In this document: piece by piece, positions 35,708 through 49,320 of the stretch
Position numbering within the stretch: the stretch's first letter is position 1
How the letters are laid out: each line of letters begins with the position of its first letter
DNA from: Takakia lepidozioides
Taxonomy: Eukaryota; Plantae; Bryophyta
DNA: 64,000 bases
Reading direction: 5' to 3'
NCBI GenBank assembly: GCA_030704615.1
Contig: CM060733.1
Span: forward strand, 8,432,001-8,496,000
Translations under genes and position numbers: made by a program
The notes under the pieces: model-generated
Databases searched by the model: none
What the model was told of the DNA's origin: nothing
Seen by the model: only the letters and a program-made list of their open reading frames with translations

Positions 35708-38700
35708 GTAAGAAGTGTTCTGGAGCAGAATATGGAGAGGGAGAAGCTTGAGAAGCTCAAGAGGGTTCTGCTGCAGAACTGCATGAGTATGTTCAAGTCT
35801 CTTCTCTCTTAGTTGTTCACTTCAGGGTTCTAATGTGGTCTAGATCTGTTGAAGCAGGAGCAGAAGGCAACAGCTGCCTTCAAGCCTTCAAGGCGCAGCT
35901 GGAGAACCTCCAGCAAGAAAGAGATGAGTCTCAACGCATGATCACTCAGGTATAGCTCTCTTGATTGAAGCTCTAACATAATCAGCAAGTCAAACTTGAT
36001 GTTCAGTGACACAACACCATCTTGTAGTGGTTTTCAGCCCACAGAGGCTGGTTGATCCCAAAACTATGCCATTGTTTAAGTCTACAACGTCCATGCAATT
36101 TCGGCATCCCAGCATGCTTTAAACTCCACTGCTTCTGATGCAGAGTTCTATGCATTTGGAAGTAGTCAAAGACCAATCCAGTCCAGAACATGGAAAATTG
36201 CTGCTTTTAGAAGAAACGTAGGGTTCGATTTAGTCGCATGTTAGGATTTGTAACAATGCTGGTGACAATCTGATACTTTGGGAGCACTGAAAATCTGAGT
36301 GATTTACCACACACCTACCCTACAGTGTTCAACTTCACCTAGACATCTTTGGCTTCAGGATACTCACTTGGTGTAGACCCAAATCATATTTCTGGATGCA
36401 ATGAAAGTGGAGGCACGTGTCATTCTTGTCCAGCTGGAACTACGGATACCACGATCTCACAAGAATGCATGGGTGGGTTCATGTACAGCAAGTGAGAACA
36501 CAGCAGACCCCTGTTAAAGAAGAAAGAAAAAGATTACATCAAGCTACAGGTACACTTTTCATGGTCCATGGTGCTGTACGACTTGTCATCCTGCCTTGTT
36601 GTGTGGTCAAGGATTAGATAATTGTCCTGTGTCCTGTAGCCTATTGGGTTGCCTCTAATCAGTGTGCAATTTCAGTGTGGTTTTGTGTTGTTGGGCATGG
36701 AACTGCCGTGTGGGTTTTCAAGGTTTGGGCAGGGCTCTCCTGCCCCCTATATGGCTTCTCCATCCTCATAGCAGAATAGAAGAGGAATCATTTTTTGCGA
36801 GTTCTTCTTGGAATGAACATAACGTGGTCAGTCGAGGCTGTGAAAACTGACTGACAAGACTTTGTTACGTCAGGAACTACTTAACCAGTTTTGATGGAGA
36901 AAAAGAAGGAATCGAAGACTGGCATTGAGATGTGAACCTGCTACAGGCACACAGCTGCACTTCACCAAAAGTGTAATAATATGAATGTTGGACAAACTCA
37001 ATGTCAACTAGAAATGTACACTTGAATTGGGCTTGGGAGGGTGCTTGGGCCCTTGGGACCTCATCTAAAAGCTCTTTCTACAGGACCTCTTTGGTGGTTA
37101 CAGCCCTGATAACCGACAAACACAAATTTCAAATCTTAGTGAAACTGCAGTGGTGTTAGTTACGGAGACTCGGTCATATATAAGTCATGTGTGTCTCTTT
37201 TGTTAGGCTCTGGAGGATTCTGACTGGCCTGTCAATCACCGAACAGGAGGAGGGCCGGCAAAGGGGGACATGGAACAGCAAGAAGGCAGATGGTGACTTT
37301 TATAAAATGATTGTAAGCCTTACAAATACTAAGCTCTACATGTTGTGCAATATGGCTGTAGTAAGCAATAGAAGCCAATCCCAGTACCTTGTAGTACCTT
37401 GTTCTTGTTCTCCCTCTCTCCCCGTTCCCCTTTCCTCTCAGTTTTCTTTGGGGTGATGGTTAGCACAACTTCCTCTACTTTATATGCATTTAGGATATCT
37501 CACGGTAGTTTCTGCTGTGTTGAGCTTGAACTGAATTGCTCGTGCCAGGCACATGTCATCAACCGCAGGTGGTTGTGTGAGAGCCTGTCATATATCGTGT
37601 TTTCACACAAGTGTCTTTGCAGGTTGATGCCTGAGGTGAAAAAGCAGGAGCTTGTGGCTGAGAACGCAGATCTGCGCCCATTGCTGCGGTCCATGCAGGT
37701 TCACCGCTTTCACCTTCAGTATTTTGCAACTCAGAGAGCAGCAGAACTGTATTTTGAGTCCAGTTATCAGGGGGTTCTAGAAATAAGAAGTTATCCAACC
37801 ACACACTAGGCTGGTAGGGTGTCACCCACAGCATTAGTAAAAATGCAACAGTGCCAATTGGGTATATGTTAGGTAGTGAATAGTGGAGCTAGCTGATACC
37901 AGACTGGTGTAGTACTTCATAATAGTATGGATACCAGTTTCTTATCGGATACCAGTCCAACACTGGTCGCCTCGTCCTTTAGTAAATAATTTGACATTCA
38001 GAACAAGCCTCAAACGACGACTCTGGGCTCTATGTTTGCTTAGGGAGCATGAGTCAGCACAACACACCAACCAAGCACCCAATGGGCCACTGATCAGGTA
38101 ATTATCCCATCCCTGTACAGTGACGCTATTAGATCCCAGGGATTTTCTCACCTATTCATGATCATTGGCCCCCTGATATTGTAGAAATCCAACTTGAAGT
38201 GAGGGTTGTCTGTTCGTCAATCCATTCGAACATGTCCTTCTGGAACCCCAATTTGCTACTTTTCCAAATTCTGATTGACTTACTGTTACAAAGTTAAACC
38301 CAAGCTATACATGTCTGCACACCTGGGCAGAGATGATATTGCGTGCCTCTACAAGTTCCACCTCTTGCTCACTTGCTTCACCGGCGACCTGGGTTCCATT
38401 CTGAGTTTCTTGCAGCTGCATCATTCGCTCCTGTAGAAAAGATTTCAGAAAGAGTTAAGCTATCTTAATAGTGGAATCCGTACCAATGCTATTTGATGAA
38501 ATCTACCATGGATATATCGATTTCCCCTGTCAGTGACCATGATAATCGCATCAGTAGAGAAAACAAAAAGTGGAGGCTATTCAAAGGTGAAACAGAAGCC
38601 CTCAAAGGTATCACTCTTTACTTCCTGCACATCAAAGGTCACTGCCATTCAATTGTACAAACCTACTACAAGCAAGGTCAAACAGAAGAGGGAGCAGAAT

Positions 38701-39413
38701 TACCTTGATTGAAGCCATTTTTGCTCGTAAGCTTTGCTCAACTTGATCTCTGGCCAAGTGAAATGGTAAATCAAAGCTATCCATGCAGAGGAAGAACCAA
38801 CTAATGCAAAAGATTGTAAGCATTGTATACTCTAAGATAGGTTCTTGGCAGGGGCTCTTCACAGCCATGTACAAACAGCCCAGAGGAATTAAAAAGTTTT
38901 ACAATTACATTGCAAAAACATTACAAGATTATTACAAACAGAAGGGGTCATTAATCACCGTACGCCCTCCCAAAGGTGTGGCTGGTGGTTCAGGATCAAA
39001 GCTGCCATGGATGGTAGATGCAGATCTTCAACAACTCGCGCATGTCAACCTGTATGGCCAACAGTTTTATTGTAATATATAAGGTTCTCAATAAAGGCCT
39101 GTGGCAAACTGGCGCCATACAGTTTTAGAAGTCCATAAAATAGCAAAAACCTGATCATTGGTGTCTCATTAGGAACAAACTGTGTGAAAACTCCATCAGA
39201 TTCTGTCCATTACTTGTGGAAGGGCTACCGCTATACTGTTCTTTAGCATACACTCACAAAAATGTCCGGGAAATGTAGATCGAAGTAAAGAGAACACAAG
39301 AAAGTAAATCCAAGACAAGTGACACGACAGGCTCTTGAGAACAATCAAGACACTAAAGACTTCACTAAACTGATGGGAAGCTTTCCTTCAAACAAGGGTA
39401 GTCAGGAACAAAC

Positions 39414-40145
39414 CAGTGTTGGGCGGGTATCACAATTTGGGCGTATTGAAGGGTCCGGGTAAGGCATCTTTGTTTAAATTGATATGGAGGCGGTTATATA
39501 TCATGTAGGGGTTTGGAAATTGTGGCGGACAGAGGTTATCAATAGAAGTGTGCCCCCAAAAAAGCTCTCAGGTTATCAATACGCCATTATCCAAGTGGAA
39601 CACCACCTGTCCCATACAACGGTTATCAATATAACCTGATTTTCAGTTATGATACATTAAGATTTTAAGAGGACCAGAAAGAAAGAAAAAAACAAACAAA
39701 ATGAAATATGAAAAATCACAATTAAGAGGACAAAAATTGGATCAGAAAAGGGAAAAAAAGAAAAAGAAAGAAAGAGATAGGAGTCCTACAACTCTATACC
39801 TCGGTTTTTCTTCCAAAAGTCTTTGACTATCAGTCCTCTTAAATGCGGACCCATGTGGCTACATAATTATTACCCATGAATGCAGCCAGGTTCTAATAAA
39901 ATCTCAAGGTATTGTTCAAAGTTACTACCCTGTCTGATTTTCAAGGTTCAAGTCCGGTTCCATGTAATAAGCCAAGTTGGCCCCTGCTGGTTCTAGCTTG
40001 GGCCGGGTAAGTGGCGAGATGGGCCTTGCCGGTTCTAACTCAAGCCGGGTCCACCAAAAATTTGGGTGGCAGGTCTCAATAGTATGATACCGTGATTATT
40101 ACCCGGCTGGGTATATATGTCAACATATATACCCGCCCAACACAG
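39414..40145. mobile_element. Non-autonomous hAT-type MITE (732 bp)
   Basis: TIR CAGTGTTGGGCGGGTAT / ATACCCGCCCAACACAG (1 mismatch). Perfect 8-bp TSD GAACAAAC at 39406-39413 and 40146-40153. Confidence 0.93.
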
Positions 40146-40576
40146 GAACAAACCTTACGCCTTACGCCTTACCGTATAATAAAATACACCATATGCCGTT
40201 TACATCTTGCACAGTCCCCCAAAACTGTACTGTGTAACATGGCCACCCCCCAAAAGGGGTAGTAGCCACAAGGTGAAGAGGCTCTTAGTTACGCCAGCTA
40301 TGGCCTGGCGTCTTCTCTCTCTCTCTCTCCCGTTTAACTCGTGGACTCCTGAAACACCAGCAGTTTACATTAGGAGGCCAAAATGCTCTTCAGCAGATGT
40401 GCCATGGCAGACCAAACCTTAAGAGTAGCAGTGGTCAGATGCAGGCTTCAAACATGCAACCACCAGCTTAGTCGACTAGACAACCACTCGCACATACCAC
40501 CTCGGAAGTGGTTGTGGGTTCAATCCACCAATTCGTATCACGAAGATGTCCACCTCTTGCTGCAGTAGCCCTTGTC

Positions 40577-40602
40577 ATATATATATATATATATATATAT
40601 AT
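40577..40602. repeat. (AT)n microsatellite
   Basis: Visible AT dinucleotide run. Confidence 0.95.
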
Positions 40603-41419
40603 AGTGGTTGAAAATTTGGTACATGAAATAAATATCACAATATCAATATATATATATAGTGAGTTTGTTTTCATACAAGACCAGTATTGATAAGGGGCCC
40701 AGGTTTGAAAGGGGGTGTGGGGATTAGAGAGTGGTCCAGGAATTATGAAGCGGAAGTTATAGTAAATTACAGCAGGAGTTCAATTAATAACTGTCAGGGA
40801 AAAAAAAAAAGGTAAAACCTATTAAATAGGGGATGATTCATGGTTAGATTGGGGTTAGGTATTTGCTTACTTGAGGGCACCTTCTAGAAGGTCCCACGGG
40901 GCGGCCTTCAAGAAGGGTCCCACCGCAAGAAGGGTCCCACCGCCCCCTAGGGTATATAAAGAGAGCCTGGCTCTTCCCCTGCAATGTGCATCTTGCGTAC
41001 TTGAGCAGGTAGCCCAGTGGTTGGGTGTTTGTGCCTTGCCTGTGCATAACCTAGGTGATCCTGGGTTCAATCCTTCAACATGTGCCTTCAGACCGTTCAT
41101 TGGGCCCTTGACAGCCTTTGTGTTGAGCAGTAAATTCACTCGACGTTAAAGAAACTTTATCTTTATCTTTTATCTTTATCTATTCTTTCTGCTTACTACT
41201 TACTAGTACCTAGGGGGCTCTCCACAGCAGGGGCCCAAAAAAAATGATGACATAATAAATTAATAGAAGTAGAGGTAATGATGAATAACCCCCCAATAAG
41301 AGGATAATGCCCTGGTATCAGTTTTTCAAAAGTCTTTCTATGGATACCAGTAAATCACCACACCGTAGTGTATTGATACCACCATGGTAATCAAATATCA
41401 GATTTTCCCAATATCAGTC

Positions 41420-42400
41420 CTTCCCTGGTATCGCAATCGGACCACGAGGTGGCACAGCAATTCTGCTGGCCCCTTCCCTGGCTGATCTGATACACAAAGA
41501 GGAGGTCTGGTTTCAGGGAAGGGCCCAATTCTTATCCATTTCAGTGCCAAATTCTGCGGGAGTCATAGGAATTGTCAACTTGTATGCTCCAAACTTAACC
41601 TCTGAAAGAGACGCGTTCTGGTCTAGCCTTCATTCCAAATTGGAGTCTGAAACCTCTGTGGAACAGTGGATATTTAAATGGGGGACTTCAACATGGTGGA
41701 GCAATCGCAAGACGGGCTCGGCCATGCAGCACCTGGTTTGGATGACAGTGAGCTACAAGCTGCAGCTCGCTCTCATTTCGAAGCTCTTTTCAAACAGAGA
41801 CCTCAGTCCCCATCAATAGGCTCAGCGAGGGAAGCCTGCCTTAGCAGTCACCAAACTAAGCTCAGCCAGACGAATGCAACCTCTTAAGACGGGGAATTTA
41901 CAGAAACAGAACTATCCACAGCATTGGGCATGATGTCTGATAGGAAATCCCCAGGCTTTGACGGGATGCCAGTTGAGTTTTACAAAGCTCTATGGCAAGT
42001 TCTATCCTCAAATTTCCGTAAAATGGTCAAGAAAAAAGGTTACATGCCCCAGCCAATGGCCCAAGGCATAACATCCTTACTCTTCAAGAAGGGGGACAGG
42101 AAAGTCATCTCGAATTACAGGCCAATCACATTACTCGATGTTTCTTACAAGATCATAGCAAAATCGCTGGCCTTGCGACTGCAACCTTTCCTCCCACCAA
42201 TCATTAGGCCTGGTCAGGCGGGCTTTATCAGGGGAAGATATATTCTGGATAACATTTTGCTTGCTCAGGAAGCCCCCATCTACGCTTAAGCTTGTCTCAA
42301 CCCATCGCAATGCTACTCTTAGATTTTGAAAAAGCCTTCGATAAGGTTGAGTGGCCCATGTTACAAAAGTGTATGACTTCATTAGAAATTCCGGCCTAGA
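41420..42400 (+). mobile_element. Internally deleted L1 LINE ORF2 (endonuclease and RT fragments)
   Basis: RGGTAILL, VNLYAPN, GDFNMVE, KSPGFDGMPVEFY, NYRPITLL..YKIIAK, QAGFIRGRYILDNI and LDFEKAFDKVEW. Confidence 0.92.
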
Positions 42401-45242
42401 CCTTCCCCACTGAGTTAACCTCCCTCTCTCCTTCACCGTCGGACTGGCAGTGCAATCCAGAAAAATGTGTCATACCTCAGACAATTCCGTCAGATTCCAC
42501 ACAAAAGCACCGAACAGACCCAGTTTAAATCTCTATTCTCGATAAGCACCTCCTCTGCATGCTTTCGACGCAGAGGCTAGAGGCAGAGTCTCCTCGGACA
42601 CTCTCAGTGCGAGTTCCTACCTTCTTTCCAGCAAGCACCCGACTGCCATAGACACCTCTCTACTCTCTACACTCCACACAAGTCTCTACACTGCACGCTC
42701 CTCCACCCCCTTCAGCTCACACGTGACTGTCCACATGGATCAAGACCCCATCCTCTTCCAGGTGGCAATCTAGAAAGATTGTGGAACATGCAACTTGAGC
42801 AGTAACAACCCCAATAGATTGTGTTGTGGCACACAGGTTATACAAGTTAACAGCTGAATCCAACATTAATGCGTCCACTGGATGCCAAGATTTCCATGGG
42901 CTCCACTGGAACTGGCAAACATTCAAAAACAGTGAAATGGTAAAGAGGCCTGAAGACAGTAATTCACCCGGGTTGACCAAAACTTGGAAGATGTCTCCCA
43001 GGTGTGGCCATTTAGCTCAGCTCCACCAGGGCCCTAATATATCTCCATAAACGATAATGCAGGTAGGAGGCCCTATCGCTTGCTGTGCAGCTTTGCAGAT
43101 TCTTCTTTAACTCTCTCAGCCCAAAATGGGGCGAAGAGTGTGAAAAGCCAGGCCCCGATTAACCCAAGTCCTCCGATCATCCAAGTAAAGTAGGAAATAT
43201 CTTGTGTGAGAGCCAAGATTTCGTCCGCATGTTTGGGATCTACTGTATGAAGTCTAGCATCTGTTCCTTCGATCATTGCCCTGGCTTCGTGACAAGGATA
43301 TCCCTGCACACAGGTGCTCAGGTAAGAACTAAGAACGTAAGGACCATGGCCACCAAAGCACCCAACTCAGTCTCAGTCACACACAGGAACACCTGAAATC
43401 TTCCAAGGCTTAATCCACAGCTAGTGTTTAGTGCACTTTCAAAGGTCACATTCAATATGCAGCCCATCCTGTTTTTGGCTTGCCGATTTTTTATCACATA
43501 CTTTTCATAAAGGTTGCTGGTGGAAAAATGGACATGAGTTGCTCGCGTGGAATGACTTTAGGCTCACCCACCACTTGAAATCCAACAGGATTTTTCCTTC
43601 AATGTAGGGCGTGTTGGGATTGCTGAGAGAAGAACATCGGTTGGACGGAAGAACAAGGTTGAGGTATGTTTCTAGCTTTTTCTGTCTGCATTAACCCAGT
43701 TGGCTGCCTCAAGAACGCCGCTCAAAGCTCTAGTGCTGCCCCTTTGAAGTATGGCAACTCATGGAACTAGTCCCCAACACAGACACAAGAAACTGGAAAG
43801 TTCATCGATCAAATTTCCAATACCTTCTCAATGAGGTTCTCCTCCGCCAGTTTCTGTCACATACACGACAAGCCTGTGAGGAAATAGTGTGGACGAATAA
43901 CAATTTACCATGCGAACTAGACAAATTACAGTGCAGACAATACTAGTTAAAGCATGCATATACATGTGCATCGAGGGCAACTGTAATGTACATTTGATCG
44001 TACTGCGAGGTCATCACTGAATTGATTCTAGGGGAAGAGAATGTGCTTATGCCGTCCCTGCGGACGTTGCTTGCCATTGCCTTACGGCCAATGAAACTAA
44101 TCCTTACCTTCTCTGGGGTTCGCACCCACCAGGATAATTTAGCTTATCCCCGCAGCTCAGCTGCAGGTATAAACTTACTTTTATTTCTAGGGGAAGAGAG
44201 ACGGGAAGAGAGACATCTGATCATATCTATAGAAATCATAGATCTTTATCATGTTGATAATTTATTAATGTAGATATAGATGTAAGGATATCTCACTAAA
44301 TTTCGATGGCGGAGAAACAGGTAACTCAAGAACCATGCTTGATGTGCGAGTTTGAATTTGGACGGTTAGAATTAATCTGATCAGTATCTTCATGTTACAG
44401 TTGCTGAAATCAAACATTTGAGAGACACACCTTCCGAGCTTGCAAGTCAAACTTTTCCTCCTGCAATTTCTGCCATGCACGACATACATCAAGCCAGTGT
44501 CATAAGAGTGTCATAAGCTGGTTTCACAGCACAGCAGTGGCATTGGGTCAATTAGCGTGGCTTAATTCAAACACATAAAACAGCAAAATAAATTAAGTCT
44601 TAACTGCTACACAGATCGTACGAGGTCGGGACGTTTGAAGATGAGAATTCTTCACTTGCCATAGTTGCACAAAAGAAACTCGTCTCCAGGAGAAGTCTTA
44701 ACAGGTTATGTACATGATCCAGTCAACACGCGGGCTGGCTTTTATGAGAGTAGACAAAGTGATGTGACTTCCCGGGCGGTATGTGAGCTAATTCGATGAT
44801 CGGCTCACTAGCTCATTGTACGGGCTAGCAGCAACTCTAGTTTGTTATACCCTGCATATCAACGTCACTAAGTTGCAGATCGTACGAGGTCGGGACGTCT
44901 GCCAGCAGATAAGAAATCTTTCACTTCCAAGGTATTGCCAGAGTTGCACAAAACAGACTTGAGTCCCTGGGAGAAGTAGCTCCAGTATTGATGAAACAAG
45001 CGAGAGAGAGTTAAGAAGAGAACTCTTATGTAGGCGATTAGAGTCGCCTTCTCCATCGGCTCTAGCACCGGCACATGGGCGACACGAACAGCTCTGCGCC
45101 AAACCTTGTGTGCCTGGGGAGTCACCAGCCTCCGAGCGGCCATTCGCATCGACATTTCGTGCAATCGGGCACAGAAAACCCTAGCTAGATTCACAGACAG
45201 AATCCAATCCGCCTCTGTCAATCACAAACTGGAGAAGATGTT

Positions 45243-45891
45243 GCCTGCAATTGCAAAACGCTGTCAAACGCTCACAGACTGGAGCCATGCGCAGAGAGAA
45301 GCACGCGCACACGTGCGTTATCGGCAACCCATGCCCGCCAAGTGGAATGCCAAAGCCAGGTGCCAACTTGTATTTGGAATTCTACTTCAGTATGTCAGGA
45401 GTTTCCTCTTTGAACGATAGTTTTGGTTTGCGAGAAGGAGTCTCTCTCGCTCTCTCCAGCTCCTTCCTCGTCGTCGGTGAGGGAGACGATCTTAGAAACT
45501 CGGTCGATGCTTAGGTCAGTACTGAAATATTTCTCTCTTATCCCAGGTGCGGATATTCTGTCTTTCTTTCATTTTCTGCCCTCCGTCACGATCCAGTCGA
45601 GAAACAATTTGCAATGCAGATAGGCCTGAATCCAGTGAGAAGACGGCTATGGAGGCAGCAATGTGCCAGAGGTGACACTAGTCTGGCAAGGCCTGCCTGG
45701 CACTGAGAAGTCATGCGCTCTGTTGGACCTCGCAGTGGCGAAGGTCATGTCATTGGCTCTGATAATAGCTATACCTTTCCATCACACTTACCAGATTCAC
45801 CACCTTTCCTGGTCGTGTTCCCTCTGCTTTCTTGCGGTCCTAGGCTTTTGATTTGCTTTCGAGACTCTCTCTGTGTTTGTCCGTATTGATG
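45243..45891 (+). repeat. Inverted duplicate segment, copy B
   Basis: Reverse complement of 34212-34628 plus 35465-35707. It abuts a DYW fragment. Confidence 0.88.
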
Positions 45892-47264
45892 ACACCACCT
45901 GGGACGCCCATGCACATCATCAAGAACCTGCGAGTGTGTGGTGACTGCCACACTGCCACAAGTTAACCCTTAAATGTCAAAACTCATTTTCACCCTCTCG
46001 TAGAAAAACATGACCCTGGCCCACCAAAAAATAATTTATCTATAGAATCTCTGTGTCCCTGTAAAACTGACCGTTGGAATTACTTCCCACCTACCCCACC
46101 TCCTACCACAAAAAGTTTCACCAAAATCCAACTGCCAGATCTGAAGATTATGAAGTGTAGAGTGGGGACAAAAACAAATCTCCACTAAGAACTCGGTGCC
46201 AAAAAAAGCAGTTTTTTGCTCGTATTTGGGCATTTTTAATTTTTTCTGTTTGAGAGTCTCAAGAATGTTGTTCCATAACTGATAACACACATTCTCATAA
46301 AATTTCAGTTTTTTCTGAAATGTTCTCAAGTGGGCTCCTTTGTAGTGACAAATTGGGGGGTCAAAATATGCCATTTCCTTTGGGCAGGCCAAAATATCTC
46401 TTCCTAAAATTATACAAACAAATTCAGCCGTTCAATTCCTAATCCCTCCTGTTGAAGTGTCTATATGAGATCCCAAAAAAAGTTTGGGACCAATCGGTAA
46501 CTGCCCTCACATCTTTAGGTTCCCTGCCCAAGCCTGCAGGCCTAGGATATTTGGAGCCATAGCCCAGAAGGGCACGGGGCTTGGGAGCTCCTTTGGCTTA
46601 CCCGGCCCTGCTTTCATGGGGGGCCACTCCACTCTTAACCCTCTCAAACCCCCGCCCTAGGTTTGGCCCACCCCTCGTGGCGTTTTTCTCGAGCCCCGAG
46701 CTTTGCCGCCATCGCGGCTGCACTCCATCCAGCCCGCCCTGCACGGCGTTCGCCGGAGCTGCCATCGCTGTCGATTCAGGCTAGGGCCCAGGCCTGGGAA
46801 TGCCCAGATCTGTGCCGAGCGCCATGTCCCTGCCGGGCAATCAAGGGGATTGGGGGAGCGTGCCGCCCTAACCTTTATGGGGTATCTTTCAGTCACCCTA
46901 ACCTGACCGCAGTTGCCATGTCAGCAACTTGGGAAGGTTCGTGGGAGGGGGCGCAACTGTGGGTTCGCGGCGGGAGAAGTGCTCAAAAAGCTGAGTGTGC
47001 ACCCTTCTAATTGGTCCAGACCCATTGGCCAATGCCATATGAAGAGGGACCCGATTATCTGTCGATTGAGCTAAAAAAAAAGGCCAATCAGTCTTAACCA
47101 CAGGAAGTTATGGCTGGTTAAAGAAACCTAACCGACCCAAAACGGGTCGGTTTGACACTTAAGGGTTAATCTCAAATATTGTTAGGCGAGCAGTTGTTGT
47201 ACGGGATGCAAACCGCTTTCACCATTTTGAAGATGGGGTTTGTTCTTGTGGTGATTATTGGTGA
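45892..47264 (+). pseudogene. DYW domain C-terminal half, interrupted by a TTAA-inserted element
   Basis: TPPGTPMHIIKNLRVCGDCHTAT (45892-45960), then [32 protein letters not shown] (47166-47264). One base is missing before the TTAA. Confidence 0.95.
45967..47165. mobile_element. piggyBac-like non-autonomous element (1199 bp)
   Basis: TTAA|CCCTTAAATGTCAAA ... TTTGACACTTAAGGG|TTAA (14 of 15 TIR bases match). Subterminal palindrome ACCGACCC-AAAAC-GGGTCGGT. The empty site rejoins the DYW coding sequence. Confidence 0.9.
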
Positions 47265-47299
47265 AATAAAGTACGATTTTTTGTAAATACAAAATGTCC

Positions 47300-48693
47300 T
47301 GAGCAATCTTAAGCAAGATTTACTGCACTTTTGAGATCTGGCCATCCTGCAGATCACATTTTCTATATGATTGTTGAACAGCCACAATGAAGTCATGGAA
47401 CACCTGAGGGCAGGCCACTTGGGGAATTGCAGGCATAAAGAACACAGTGAATTATCAGAATTAAAAAAAAATTGCACCCTTCAATGAGTTTGGGTCGGGC
47501 AATGGTTTTATGGGAGTCCAAATGTACTATCCGACCTCGGCGCTCTAAAACAGCAACACTCCAGTGATCACTGCAACACAAACAAAGTCGTAACGTCAGA
47601 ATAGAAAAAAAAAAACTCTCCAATGAAACCCATTGTGGTGTAACCCAGTAGTGTAACCCACCTCATGTGTAACCCAATAGTGTAACCCTTTGTACTGTAA
47701 CTCTAAACGGTGTAACACAACTAATCAGCAGTGCAAATCCAAACTAGTGCAACTCAGTGTAGAACAGAGGAGTGTAACCCAACATGATCAGTCAACGCTC
47801 AAATTACTTACTCGAAGACAATAGGGATGACAACCACGTCCACAAGATCTCGATTCTCTGTAAACACCATCCCTCGGGCATCCTGAGTGTACCATTCTTG
47901 CACCAACCCGAATAGCGTCTGCAGATCGTTACCATTGGTACTCATGACATGCCACTGGAAAGGAGCACAGATGACAAACTCAGGTGCGATAGCCTTAAAC
48001 AATTTGGCCTCCAGAAGTTTGTTGTAACCCGAGAGCAATGCATCTGTGACAGTTGCTCTTATTTTATACATCGGCTCAAAATCTGTCTCTTCCAAGTAAA
48101 ACTGTAACGGGGTAGAAGCCAGGAAGACATCGCCATAAAAAAACTTCACTTCGGGCGCCCCAGGAGGGTCCAACACCATTCTGAACTTCGTCAAGTACCG
48201 TTGTTTTAGTCTGCACAACAAACCACACATTACGAACATTATGATGCATCATACAAGAGTTATAATCAATATTCGCAATCAGAGAGGATCAAAGTACAAT
48301 GAGGTATCTTGAACGCTCCCACAAATGTTTGGCAAGGACCTCTTGTTGCTGGACAACGTCAACCTCGGAGACCCCTGCACTTTTGCCTTTCGATTTGGTT
48401 CGCTGTTTTTTGGGTGCGACAAGAATAGGTACTTCTTTGTCAGCGCTAGGGGGTTCAGCCAACCGCTTTCTTTGAGCAGGCGGCCATTTTGACCTCCTGG
48501 GATTCTCTGCAACCCTGACAATGCCGCCGGTAGGGAGAATTTCTTGGCCAGAGGTGACAATGCTGCCGGTAGGGGGAATTTCTGGGCCAAAGGTGCCTTG
48601 TTCTGAGTTTGCTGCAAGTGTTGAAGACTGCACTCCCTCATCTGAGACGTGCTGGGGAGGTGACTGACCAAGGGCAGAAGTGTCACAGCTCAC
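47300..48693 (-). pseudogene. Ulp1/C48 SUMO-protease-like gene remnant (TE cargo)
   Basis: DVVVIPIVFE, then an intron, then DHWSVAVL..IVHLDSH, giving the His and Asp of the C48 triad. The Q..C motif is degenerate. Confidence 0.65.
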
Positions 48694-48802
48694 CTCCTCG
48701 GTGCTGCCCCTGTCAGTGTCACCCTTCTGTTCAGACCCCTTGTCAGAGTCACGCTTTTCAGTGTCACCCTTCTCTTCGGCTACCTTGTCAGTGTCACTCT
48801 TC

Positions 48803-49320
48803 TCCCAGTCAGAAATCAGACCCCTTAATTAGAGAAAATACCCTTTTCCAAGTAACTTTGCCATACGGCACAAGGCTCAAGGGACATAGCCCAAGGGTTC
48901 TATCAAACCAACCCAACAAGGTGGCAAGATTTGAACGAGAATCACTCACCCAAAGAGCATCAGGAATTGAATGCGCAAGTGCAATCTTTGGTTCCGCCAA
49001 TTTTCGGCATGTCAAATCCTCCCCACCCTCTCTCAAAGAGGGACACTTGAAAGGAGTGTAACTCCAGTTGAGGTGACACTGGTTTCAAGTTAAAAAACGT
49101 GACACTACCAAGGGTTACCATTAGCCACCAATCAAGAATTGAACCCAACACCTCGTTGCATGCACTGCCATCACCTTCTCAGTAGACTACTCGCCCCTGC
49201 TTAAAAACCCTGCATTCTAAAGTACTTAATAGTGAATCCGGGGTAAGAAGGGGTTAGGAGGATTTGACAGGGGCCGCCAAAGTTTCAGTGAGGAGCTAGA
49301 AGCAAGCCTATGATAAACCA
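48803..49320. repeat. Unclassified dispersed repeat, copy 2
   Basis: Direct copy of 32971-33471. Confidence 0.9.

Noticed and set aside
35750-39100. Host gene in the short ORFs of this interval, and likewise at 42700-44500 and 49330-50520
   Set aside because: No recognisable motifs and many stops. These may be decayed gene fragments, but I cannot assign them.
45892-47264. U-to-C (DYW:KP) editing factor
   Set aside because: The fragment has canonical CGDCH and a terminal DYW, and the diagnostic HxE region is absent.
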